A stretch of 64,000 nucleotides of DNA from Octopus sinensis (lineage: Eukaryota). The stretch lies in the NCBI RefSeq assembly GCF_006345805.1, contig NC_043014.1, forward strand, positions 37,944,001-38,008,000. The letters are read 5' to 3'. Below the pieces are notes generated by a model. The model was not told where the DNA came from and made no database searches. It saw only the letters and a program-made list of their open reading frames with translations. The position numbers and the translations under genes are program-made. Positions 24,125-36,009 of this stretch are shown here, one piece after another (position 1 is the stretch's first letter; every line of letters begins with the position of its first letter).

Positions 24125-24990
24125 AACTAGCGACCTGAGTAGGAGACTGTCCTCTCAACCAATGTACTGCTGTGGGTACCACTAGATGACGGACTTTGGT
24201 GATGATGTTATTCCACGCTTTCCGATCCATGACACTAGCATTAACATCCATGAGGTCGAAGCACTGCGATTTCAAGTCTTCCTCAATTTGTTTCGCATGT
24301 GTCGGATCTTTTCGGTTTGAACGGCAGTTTTTTTCTAGCAGTGTCATATGAAACTGTCACCCATAATTATGACCCTAGTATCGATCTATTGCATTTCAGT
24401 CTCTTTTAGGGTTAGGGTTAGGGGTGGGGGAAGGGTATCTTTTTTTTTCTTCACAAATGTAAATAAACCCAATCTGTTTCTTAAACGAGGGGCATATTCA
24501 TACGGCACAGAATGTTTTTTTTTTTACCTCAATAGACGTCACTGACTGGTTGAAATTGCAGAAATTGAAGAAAAAAAAAACAACAAATATCTTACAAACT
24601 ATAGAATTTTCTCAATAAAGCCAAGAGAAAAAGATGTTTTATAAACACATTCTACCAGTATACGAAATTTAAAATTTTTTAGTTACCTAGAAATTATATT
24701 AAAAACTGCCGTTCAAACCGAAAAGATCCCATGTGTCTCCATAAGGACCAAATCCGTCTTTTCCGCACGCTTGTTCTGCCTGTCCTCTTCTACAGCACTG
24801 AGACCTGAATCATCATCTAACAGCTCCAGGTGTTCCAAATGTGGTGTCTTCGTCAAGTCCTTGGTGTTTCTCTATGTGACCGAACAATGCTAGCAGCAGC
24901 CGACCATTGAAGACCAAGTCCGGCAGTGCAGGCTACAGCGGTTTGGCCACGTCTGCAGAATAAGCACCGGAAGACCACCACTCTAGCTTT
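24125..24990. mobile_element. RTE-clade LINE remnant with an internal inversion, interrupted by a MITE
   Basis: The left part is on the minus strand (AKQIEEDLK...MDRKAWNNII, ORF end). The right part is on the plus strand (VSIRTK...TLVLPVLFYSTET, LQVFQMWCLRQVLGVS, RLQRFGHVCR). Confidence 0.7.
24304..24729. mobile_element. Non-autonomous DNA transposon (MITE), 426 bp, 29-bp TIRs, 8-bp TSD
   Basis: Perfect TIRs ggatcttttcggtttgaacggcagttttt (24304-24332 and 24701-24729). TSD catgtgtc at 24296-24303 and 24730-24737. Confidence 0.93.
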
Positions 24991-25628
24991 CGTGTGTATA
25001 AATGATCGCGAAACATATAATCGTATGGCACTGAAACTTAGGCTGGTACTCGAAATTATTCAAAAGGAAATCACGCCTACGAGGCATTGAATCTATATAT
25101 TTGGTGATCGTATAATTTGGAATTTATTCCTACTTTTTTTTTTATGGCTATATAATCATGCAATTTCTTCAATTTTCTGGAATATTTTTTACTGAATATT
25201 CATGACGACTCGCTTCCATAAGTTTTCTCCACAAGACTTAAATCCAAAAATTGTGCTGGACACTGTAACACTCGATTTATTTTTGCTTTAGGTGAATTCC
25301 TTGATTATTCTTCTGGCATTCTTCGCAATTGTTATTTTGATGGGAAATCCATGACCAGGCAAAATGAATTTTGGTATATGAGAACATATGTCAAAATCTC
25401 TATGATCTCTAGAAAGATTATGCCGTTTATGAGGTCCTTGATTAGATGTATGAGACCAATCCATTTTCCAAACATGCAGCACCAATCAAAGATAATACCA
25501 TGATAATCCATGATAATCCATGATAATCCATGAAAATACTACCACCACACGCGTTTGTATGTGGACAAGCATACAAGGCATTGCATATGTGATTTGTATG
25601 TTTTGGCATACTTACCTATGTGTACAAA

Positions 25629-25716
<88 letters not shown>

Positions 25717-25897
25717 GTATAAAGACAACGAATATAAGATAGAATAATAAGCGAGTGAAGTACGAATATATAGTGCATGTGTTTATTTGCCCCACACCCC
25801 ACACAAGATCATCTCGAAATATAACAATATCTGTTTCAACACACGGTTCACATCAGGAATCTTGCGACACAAATTCATAAACCGTATATATATATAA

Positions 25898-25944
<47 letters not shown>

Positions 25945-26051
25945 AAACAAGTCAAAAATAGAAAATGCTAAAATAATTTTATAGTGAACATTTCATATAT
26001 AATATATGTGTGTGTGTCCATATGTGTGTGCATACACACACATATATATAC

Positions 26052-26119
<68 letters not shown>

Positions 26120-26619
26120 GCATGTACTTATATATATAGTTGATGTCTATACGTATGTATATGCATGTACTTATAAGCGTGCTTTTTCATTGTTTTACAT
26201 ATTGTAATTGTAAATTTATAAATTTAGCCAAACCGTACCTGGTTTTGCAAATGCTAGTTTCATAAGACCAATTATCTCGGTCATATGTCTACCATTATAG
26301 GCCCGAACGTAATAGCTGCAAACGTTTCGTTAATTCAGCAGAGACGAATTTTGAAAACTTTTATTTTTGACATTATGTTAACATCTGAAACTCAACTGAT
26401 ATTTAGTACAGTAGACACGGTTTTATCTCTCTCAAATTATTATGTCTATGTTGTGGCGACATTTTACGGAGACAAGTACGTTTCACTAGTATTCGTTCGT
26501 AATATGAGTGAGGATACCTTGTACGTCAGTTTGACCTTTTAAATTTATATTTTTCAGGGTTATCATTTATCCAGAATTGTATATTATAATCTTTAGAAAA
26601 CTACAACGTACCTGATTAG

Positions 26620-26745
26620 TATGTATACATGTATGTTGGTCACTATTCAGTTTTGTTTCAAGATTTCTTGCCTATAGAGAAAGAGCCAGTTTCTAACGTA
26701 GATCCAAGGTCCTTCATTGAAATTTCAATATCAACAGGATATTTT
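26620..26745 (-). mobile_element. 3' UTR fragment of the RLE-type LINE
   Basis: Reverse complement matches 1960-2058 (aatgaagg.accttggatcta.gttagaaac.gg.tctttctctat). Embedded in (TATG)n. Confidence 0.7.
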
Positions 26746-26749
26746 GTTT

Positions 26750-26980
26750 GTATGTATGTATGTATGTATGTATGTATGTATGTGCCTGTCTGTCTGTCTA
26801 TCCATCCATCCATCCATCCACCTACCTACCTACCTACCTACCTACCTACCTACCTACCTACCTATCTATCTATCTATCCATCCATCCATCCATCCATCCA
26901 TCCATGTATGTATGTATGTATGTATGTATGTATGTATGTATGTATGTATGTATGTATCTATATCTATCTATCTATCTATA

Positions 26981-27056
<76 letters not shown>
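26750..27056. repeat. Compound tetranucleotide array (TATG, TGTC, TCCA, TACC, TATC)
   Basis: Read directly. Confidence 0.95.
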
Positions 27057-27454
27057 AACCGATCTAGTGAGTGATGACAGCTGCTTATGTGATTTAGACC
27101 ATCGGTGCTAATTTCACAGAGCTTGCATAACCTGTTATTTCAAGGTTTCTTACCTGCATCCCTATTTCTGCTGTTATTTTGTTGCTATTTCCTGTTCCTC
27201 GACTGTAAAAGTATACCTTCTAAGTGAAAACTAATATGCCATTTATCTGTGATACTATCACTTTAACACTTTCTAGTAACACACCAACGTATGAACTTCT
27301 GTTCATAAGCAAAAAGCTATCATTTGAACTAATATACCTGTTTGTTGTTCCTACACCTGTCTTAGTCTTGTTTTCTGTAAGTTTGAACTATATATATGTG
27401 TATGTGTGTGTGTGTGTATGTGTGTGTGCGTGCGTGCGTGTGTGTGTGTGCATG

Positions 27455-27660
27455 TGTGTGTGTGTTAGTGTTTGTCCCCCACCGTCGTTTTACAACTGAT
27501 GTTGGTGTGTTTACGTCCCTGTAAACTTGCGGCTCGGCAAAAGAAACCGATATAATAAGTACTACGTATACAAAGAACAAGCCCTGGGGTCGAATTGCTC
27601 GACTAAAGGCGGTGCCCCAGCATAGCCGAGGTCAAAATGACTGAAACTAGTAAAAGAATA
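27455..27660 (+). mobile_element. SINE family A, 3' half
   Basis: gtttgtcccc...ggtgtgtttacgtccc...ggggtcgaattgctcgactaaaggcggtgccccagcat. Confidence 0.85.
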
Positions 27661-27681
27661 AAGGAACAAATACATACATGT

Positions 27682-27755
<74 letters not shown>

Positions 27756-27790
27756 ATATTATATATATATATATATTGTGTATATATATA

Positions 27791-27832
<42 letters not shown>

Positions 27833-27838
27833 CATACG

Positions 27839-27875
<37 letters not shown>

Positions 27876-28031
27876 CACATACACACACATTCACTCACAC
27901 ACACACACATACATACATACACACACATATATATGTATATATATATATAGAGAGAGAGAGACAGAGAGACAGAGAGGAAAACAATTAGTTTTAAATCTCT
28001 GAGCGAGAAGTAAGAAGTAACAGTACTACAT

Positions 28032-28590
28032 AGTAAAATCTATTTGCCAACGCAAAGTGGCAGTCCTGATTAGGACGATGTTCCTACCTTTTGTAGCCCC
28101 AAGAAAACATCTTGGGGCTAATGTCCCCACTCAGCCTTAAACGGTACCTGCGGACCATAGTTTCTGGGTTATTTCGCTTCATCGGCACATGTCTTAATCA
28201 AGACTGCCACTTTACATTGGCAAATAGATTTTACTCTGTAGTACTGTCACTACATACTTACTTCTCGCTTAGAGATTTAAAACCAAATGTTTTCCTCTTT
28301 ACGAGCTCAGTGACTGTATGTCACTTTGAAAGTAAATACCTCGAAAAGACCTAGTGCTGCTATCTCTAGCCAACGGTTATCCTGTGACGATGAAGAGAAA
28401 TAACCCAGAAACCATGGTCCGCAGGTACCGTTTAAGGCTGAGTGGGGACATTAGCTCCCTTGTTCAAGATATAAGGATGCAATTGTGTGTTGGTAGCCAG
28501 CTGGAAAAGACGTATTTCTGGGGCTAAAAAAGGTAGTAACATCGTCCTAATCAGGACTGCCACTTTACGTTGGGAGAGATAGATTTTACT
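28032..28590. mobile_element. Long inverted repeat pair (PLE pseudo-LTR-like), each arm with a hammerhead-like motif
   Basis: 28032-28191 is the reverse complement of 28381-28590, with a ~50-bp indel. Motif cctgtg-(A/C)CGATGA-...-GAAA-ccatgg-TC-cgcagg at 28381-28425 (+) and 28147-28191 (-). Confidence 0.7.
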
Positions 28591-28618
28591 CTCTCTCTCT
28601 CTCTCTTCTCTCTCTCTC

Positions 28619-28697
<79 letters not shown>

Positions 28698-28719
28698 GTG
28701 CATATATATATATGTGCAC

Positions 28720-28752
<33 letters not shown>

Positions 28753-29434
28753 TATAGTTTTCATGTATGTATGTATAAATATATATATACGTTTATAATA
28801 TATATATATATATATATTCACGTATATTTGTACATATGTTTGTGTGTGCGTGTATGTGTGTGTATTCATACATGCAATATGTATTTGTGCATGAGCGTGT
28901 ACATGTATGCATAAGTTTACTTCGTGCTTATTTGCACTAAAGATTCCCCCCTCCCACACACACACACCTCTTCATAAATAAACTAACAAATAAACATAAG
29001 GCATTTAAAGTTGGAAAAGGTTGAAGTCAACAAATGCAAGACTTGAAATAGCATTCAAATGAGACTCAAAGTACAACATCCTTGTGATGATCAATAATGA
29101 TTTTACATTCAGTATGAATTGCTGCTTTTGAGTAGCTCCAGACAAGAGCTCTCTATTCGGCAGGACTTTGTGTTGCCGGAATAATATAAACAACAGTTGA
29201 CTTTTGAAATACATTTTACTATTGAAAAGGGCAGTTATTGTTTTAGTATGTTCATACTGAATGATTTACGAGTGGGATATTGAAATTTTATAACAATTTT
29301 CATTATCATGTATTCATCTTGAAAATGATGAAAAAACTATTAATTCATTTAATTATTAGCAAAATAAATAGCTTAAATCATTAAAAATGCCCTGCTATGT
29401 AATATACATACCAGTGTGTGTGTGTGTCTGTGAG

Positions 29435-29465
<31 letters not shown>

Positions 29466-29494
29466 TTGTGTGTGTATGTGTGTGTTTGTGTGTG

Positions 29495-29700
29495 TGTGTT
29501 TGTCCCTCTAACATCGCTTGACAACAGATGCTGGTGTGTTTACATCCCCGTGACTTAGCGATTCAGCAAAAGGAACCGATAGAATAAACACTAGGCTTAC
29601 AAAGAATAAGCCGGTGTGGGGTCGATTTGCTCGACTAAAGGCGGTGCTCCAGCATGGCAGCAGTCAAATGACTAAAACAAGTAAAAGAATAAAAGAATAT
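29495..29700 (+). mobile_element. SINE family A, 3' half
   Basis: Tail blocks as in 625-1036. Confidence 0.85.
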
Positions 29701-30404
29701 ATATAAAAAAGAAAATAGTGTGTATATGTATGTATGTATGTATGTAAATATATATAATATATATATATATACACATATATACATATATATATATACATAT
29801 ATACATATATATATATATATACATATTCGTATATATACATACACGTATATATAAATATATATATATATATGCATATATATATATAAATATAGACCCTAGT
29901 CTAGATTGCGAATCCTCTGTACCCCAGGAAGGTTCAGCTCTTTACCCGTTAAAAGCCACCGTTTACGGAATGAGGATAACAACGTAGCTTTCACACCCGT
30001 GCAACAGCCAGTCTATCGCGTGTGTTGGGTGGATCTTCAAGTTGCCACACGCGTTCTTAGTAGCTTAGAGTAAGCTCGAATTAGAGATTATTCTTTGTAG
30101 CTAATGGCGTGTGAGTCCTGATTGGAAGAAGAAGAAGAAGAAAAACAACAACAACAGCTACAACAACAAAAACAGCAATGAAAATTTAAAGAATGAAGTG
30201 TCATAAAATGATGGATGGCGGGGATGTCTCAGAATAGTTATATCTTTTACATTCTGACTTCAAATCCCGTTCTCAGGCGAATATGCCTTTCGCCTCGCAA
30301 GGATCAACAAGAATTGAAAATAGCCGCCATATAGACATATAGCGGTGTTGTTTCGGAAGGTTATACACCCGTCTTTGCGGCCTTGTGCAGCAATTTAAAA
30401 AGCA

Positions 30405-30550
30405 TTTGGTTGTATGGTAAGAAGCTTGCTTTTCAACCACATGGTTCCGGATTCAGTGGCACCTTGGGCAAGTGACTTCTAGTATAGCCATGGGCCGACT
30501 AAAGCCTTATGAGTGGATTTGGGAAACGGAAACTGAAAAAACCCGTCGCA
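30405..30550 (+). mobile_element. SINE family A, 5' half
   Basis: tggtaagaagcttgct...accacatggttccggattcagtggcaccttgggcaagtg. Confidence 0.8.
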
Positions 30551-30635
30551 TATTTCCTGAGCGCCATACTAATACAATTGTTCGTTTGTTTTCCACCTGC
30601 CTTCGTCTTTTGTCTATTTTCATAAAGCTTCCCGT

Positions 30636-30667
<32 letters not shown>

Positions 30668-30954
30668 CATACATACATACATACATATAAGAGGGATGAC
30701 TACTAAGTGGACATCCATTATGCTAGAATTCGAACCCCTATGGTCTTACCACATTGTTTTAAATTACCATATGGTTTTAAATTGATATTAATCAAATTAA
30801 TATTCAATTTTTCACCCTTATTATCTTAAATTTATACACAGACACACTCATGTATGTATGTATGTATGTATGTATGTATGTATGTATGTATGCATGTATG
30901 CATGTATGTATGTATGTATGTATGTATGTATGTATGTATGTATGTATGTATGTA

Positions 30955-31160
30955 TCTGTCTCTTTGTGTCTGTTTGTTTCCCTATCACCGCTTGACAACC
31001 GGTGCTGGCGTGTTTACGTCCCCGAAATTTAGCGGTTCGACATAAGAGACCGATAGAATAAGTACCGGGCTTTAAAAAATGCGTCCTGGGGTCAACTGTT
31101 CGACAAAGGCGGTTGCTACAGCATGACTGCAATAGAATGACTTAAGCAAGAAAACGAATA
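30955..31160 (+). mobile_element. SINE family A, 3' half
   Basis: accgcttgacaaccggtgctggcgtgtttacgtcccc...gagaccgatagaataagtacc. Confidence 0.8.
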
Positions 31161-31362
31161 AAAAAAAAAATAAATAAATAAAAGATGCAACATTGGAGAA
31201 CAACGTGGGTTTTACGATTTAAGCCAAAACCATAAAGCGCATCAACTTAGTCCGGCAGTTCTTTTATCCCACGTATGGCACGGGAGGAAAGGGGTGTAAT
31301 TGAAAGAACTATTATGACGGATTTGGTTATATAGCAGCAAATAGTTAAAAATATTATGTATA

Positions 31363-31995
31363 GGCGCAGGAGTGGCTGTGTGGTAAGTAGCTTGCTAAAC
31401 AACCACATGGTTCCGGGTTCAGTCCCACTGCGTGGCATCTTGGGCAAGTGTCTTCTGCTATAGCCCCAGGCCGACCAATGCCTTGTGAGTGGATTTGGTA
31501 GACGGAAACTGAAAGAAGCCTGTCGTATATATATATATATATATATATATAAATATGTGTGTGTGTGTGTGTGTTTGTGTGTCTGCTTGACAACCGATGC
31601 TGGTGTGTTTACGTCCCCGTCACTTAGCGGTTCGGCAAAATAGGTACTGGGCTTACAAAGAATAAGACCCGGGGTCGATTTTCTCGACTAAAGGCGGTGC
31701 TCCAGCATGGCCGCAGTCAAATGACTGAAACAAGTAAAAGAATAAAAGAGTAAAGAGAATGTATGTGTGTGTGTATATGTTTGTGTGTCTACCCAAACAT
31801 CGCTTGACAACCGATGCTGGTGTGTTTACGTCCCCGAAAATTAGCGGTTCGGCAAAACAGACCGATAGAGTAAGTACTAGGCTTACAAAAGAATAAGTCC
31901 CGGGGTCGATATGCTCGACTAAAAATGGTGCTCCAGCATGGCCGCAGTCAAATGACGGAAACAAGTAAAATGAGTAAAAGAGAAAAGAGTAGAGA
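31363..31995 (+). mobile_element. SINE family A full copy with a second, tandem 3' half
   Basis: Head ggcgcaggagtggctgtgtgg at 31363. The first tail ends ~31757 and a second 3' half spans 31775-31995. Confidence 0.9.
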
Positions 31996-32320
31996 GTGTG
32001 TGTGTGCGTGTTTGTGCTTGTGTGTGCTTGTGTGTTTGTGTGTGTGTGGTGTGTGTGTGTGTGTGCGTGCGTGTGTGTGTGCGTGTGTGCGTGTGTGCGT
32101 GTGTGTGTGTGCGCGCGCGTATTACAATTTCAGTTGCTCTGGTGCTGGAAATATATTTTGTAATATTAATTTTTTCAACGTTATCAGTTTTCCTGCGTTG
32201 ACATTTCAAGGTCTCTTAGTACGGAGCCCCGTCAACATGAGACACATAGATGGAAAGATGACAGATATATGATGTATATTTGCTGTGTGCACAATATGTA
32301 TATATATATATGTATGTGTA

Positions 32321-32372
<52 letters not shown>

Positions 32373-32390
32373 CATACACACACGCATATA

Positions 32391-33664
32391 TCAGGTCATC
32401 CCGTAAGTTCTGTCCGAATTTTGAATAAAGTAAATAAGTGATCAAATCTTATATTTAATTGAAATTTAATCATCAATTTACTTTCCCTGATTATCAATGA
32501 CTTCCTTCCATCTATTTACAAGCTTTTAAATCCCATCAATGTAAAACTCTTTTGGTTTCAATGCGAAGAAATCTGAAATGTCAGTTTCGACCTCCTCCTG
32601 GCTTGCGAAGGTTATGTCCCCCAAATGATTCTGTAAACTACGAAACAAATGGTAGTCTGAAGGAGCAAGATCGGGAGAATAGGGTGGATGAGGAATTTTT
32701 CCCAACCAAGCTCTTCGATATTCTGTGATGTGATTTTTGCAGTGTGGGGTCGCGCATTGTCTTGATGAAACATCACTCCTTTTCGATTCACTAAAGCGGG
32801 TCTTATTTTCTTCAAAGCTTGGTTCAAACGCTCTAATTGCTGACAGTAGACTTGAGCATTGATTGTTGCATTAGGTGGTAACAATTCGAAGTGAATTACT
32901 CCTTTGCAATCTCACCAGATAGAGAGAAGAACCTTTTTCCCATGAAGTTCCCTTCTCGTTTGTGGTTGAGCTTTTTCCCTTTTACCAAGCCACTGTTTAC
33001 GACGTTTAACATTTCGATACAAGATCCATTTTTCGTCACCAGTCACAAGTTTATCCAAAAAGGGTGAAATGAATTCGCGAGTATGGAGAGGAGAGCAGAT
33101 GTCAACTCGAGATTTGCGGTTACTTTTGCACAATTGATGAGGCACCCATTTTCCAAGTTTAGGAACCTTTCCAAGTTGTTGAAGATGACGATGTGTTCAT
33201 CGTATGGTTTGAATTAAGCTTTATTACCAATTCTTCAACTGATAATGCAGGATTTTCTTCAAGTAATGCCTCAAGAAGCTTATCATCAAACTCAACTGGA
33301 CGTCCTGTTCAATCCTCATTTTCAAGGCTGAAATCTCCACTTCTGAATCTTGCAAACCATCTTCAGCAAGTTCTTTCATTCAAGCATTCTTTCCCATAAA
33401 CTGAGTGAATGCTTCGAGTCATTTCGTAGGCAGAGTTTCCTTTTGTACGCATAATGCTTTATTGCCTCAAATGCTCTTTGGATACTTCCACGTTTTAATC
33501 AAAGAAATTTTAATTCGATTATTCTGTAAATTAATATTTGATTAGTTTAAATGTACACAAATGCATAAAAATAATTTTTAATTCCATTAGACATTCTAAA
33601 ATACTATTAAAGTTCATTCAATTTAAAAAAAGGTAAAATCGGACAGAACTTATGGGATGACCTG

Positions 33665-33665
<1 letters not shown>
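32391..33665 (-). mobile_element. Full-length mariner (DD34D) transposon, inactivated
   Basis: TIRs tcaggtcatccc(g/a)taagttctgtccga with TA at both ends, 1275 bp. Motifs GKWVPHQL, VTGDEKWILY, FHQDNARPH and HPPYSPDLAPSDYHLF. Several frameshifts and stops. Confidence 0.95.
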
Positions 33666-33699
<34 letters not shown>

Positions 33700-33822
33700 C
33701 TCTCTCTCTTTTCTCCCTCTCTCTTTTTGTCACACACATGTAAATATATATATATATATATATATAATATATATATATATAATATATATATATATATGTA
33801 TGTATGTATGTGTGTGTGTGTG

Positions 33823-33861
<39 letters not shown>

Positions 33862-33884
33862 GTGTGTGTGTGTGTGTGTGTGTA

Positions 33885-34215
33885 TAAAAGATGGCTCTGC
33901 GGCTAAGATGTTTGCTTCGTGACTATGTCGTTTCAAATTCAGTCCTACTAGTGTCTTCTGGTACAACCTCGGCCTATTTACGAGTGGATTTCGTAGATGG
34001 AAAGTGAGAGAAACCCGTCGTACACACACACATGTGTGTATGTATGTATGTATGTAGTATGTATGTATGTATGTATGTATGTATGTACGTATGTATGTAT
34101 GTATGCATGCATGTATGTAAGTATGTGTATGCGCGCGAGATGTGTATGCTTCTTTGTGTCTGTGTTAGTTCAACCGCAACCGCTTGACAACCGGTGTTGG
34201 CTTGTTTACATCCTC
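33885..34215 (+). mobile_element. Diverged SINE family A copy
   Basis: tggctctgcggctaag...ttcagtcctact...gagtggatttcgtagatggaaa...accgcttgacaaccggtgttgg. Confidence 0.65.
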
Positions 34216-34716
34216 GAAGCGTAACGGGTTGCATATATTTTGATAACGGAATAAGATATTCGGGAAATAATTGGGATTTTATTACCGGACTGGCTGTAAT
34301 ACTTGGTAATATTCTAATTTGTGAATGAAAATACATAGAAAATAGAGCTAATGAAAGATAGCTTGAATTTGAAAGAAAACGAAACAGAAAGATCATGTTT
34401 AACAAGAATTTTCATTTAAAGGGAAATAACTTAATGCAAACTTCAGACAAAATTCCTGTATGAGTTGTTTACCCTGTTAAAAAAAATATTAGCTGATTCT
34501 TCAACCTATCACAAAACTAGCAGAATATATTTCTCTTGCATAATAATCCTCACCACTTTTATTTTTACATTTGGGGGGGGGGGTTTATCTAAAGATTTTA
34601 TTTTTTTTTCCCACCTTTTATTTCTCTACTTCGTAACTTTTCCTCTCACCTACTACACTGTTTTCTTCAGTTTCTCCCATTATTTTCTCCCCTCTCACCT
34701 TTATCGCACTCACATC

Positions 34717-34796
34717 CACTAGCGTACCTACAGCAGACCCAAAAGTGTCGCGCGGGGTTCCGCCCCTACCGCCCCCCACCCTTAGCTACGCTAGTG
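34717..34796. mobile_element. 80-bp hAT-type MITE
   Basis: TIR cactagcgta(c/g)cta, 13 of 14 matched. 8-bp TSD ctcacatc at 34709-34716 and 34797-34804. Confidence 0.85.
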
Positions 34797-34844
34797 CTCA
34801 CATCTCATTCAATTCCACTTGCACTCCCAAACCGAACTCATTTC

Positions 34845-35600
34845 GTGGGGTAGAACTCTAGGGTATCGAATGGTATAAATTTGCATTTGGGTTTATCTTT
34901 TATTTTCTAAAACCATTCTATAGTGGCACTACTGCATATCCATTGAGCAATATTTGAGCGTGCTCTGATATGTCGTATAATATTATCTGATATGGATTTT
35001 ATAATAATTCCTATTTCGCTTTTTGTGGGATTTATTACTCTACAGCTACGATTTTGCGTGAAGTTATGGTCTATAAAGGTTATAAAAGGATTTCGTGGGA
35101 TAAGCTTTTCTACCTTGTCTTCTATTTTAAACTTTGTGGCTAAATTTTTACGTTAATCGAATCTACGTTAATTGAATCATAAGTGATGGGGTTCGTTTTT
35201 TTTTTGTATGATTTAGTTATATTGTAGGTTAGTAATATGCTGTGTCTAGTTGTTTACTTCATAAATATTTTTAGTTTTATCTGCTTTAATAAAGATATTT
35301 GTTGATGTTTTGAAAGGTTTAATGTATGTCTGTATTAAATGTGTTGAACTTGTTGGATTTTTGACTAAATTTTACATTTCTAACTAACTTTATAAGATCG
35401 TTTTTAAATTTTTCTATGTCTTTAATATGTGGTGGTTTTTTTATAAGATCTGAAACTAATTGTCCTCAGGGCTACACGTAAAAGTATCGAAAAAGTAGGC
35501 CTTCCATTTCATTCTCCTCGGAACATTTTCTGTTTTATCGATAAGTTGCTTGATGTATATTTTCCTTAGTGGAATAGGAAAATTTTTCAGTGGTGTCATT
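34845..35600 (-). mobile_element. Penelope-like element (Naiad-type): N-terminal region and first RT motifs, pseudogenised
   Basis: Minus strand: IPIPLRKIYIKQLIDKTEN..RRMKWKAYFF, PFITFIDH, RVINPTKSEIGII, IAQW, KPKCKFIPFDTLEFYP. Absent from the ORF track because of frameshifts. Confidence 0.78.
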
Positions 35601-36009
35601 ATTTCCTGTTTTGCTAGTGTTTGTTTAGATTCTCTGTTCGTGTTTAGTGCCTGACCGGTGTTTGTTGACGCCGGAAGCTTCGATGCGTAAATGTCAAACG
35701 ATGAAAATGAGTTGTCAACACTGCATTGGTGGATATAATTTCTTTATTTGTGAATTAAGGCTACCATTTGTTTCATACTGAGGAAAGTAGAAAAATATCC
35801 TATTGTCTTAACAATTTTTCAAGACGAACCACATGGAGGAAGGTGTTCACCTCCATTTTGGAAAACACAGCCTCGTTTAATTCGCGGAGATTCTCGTGAA
35901 TTCACATCAATAAAACAATGGGTGGCATTTTTTCAATGTTTTTCTCCCTTGGATTTGTCATTTGGGTAAATTGTTGTGTGGTCAATGTGTTTGTATTATT
36001 TTGTTTCTA

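Noticed and set aside
24405-24430. Telomere or chromosome-fusion relic
   Set aside because: Only three TTAGGG units, and they lie inside a MITE.
25497-25532. (ccatgataat)x3 and similar short duplications at ~6712 and ~12121
   Set aside because: Ordinary local slippage duplications.
228-34405. Numerous YI/HT/CV/MYVC-rich ORFs
   Set aside because: Translations of (TA)n, (CA)n and (CATA)n microsatellites and SINE bodies.
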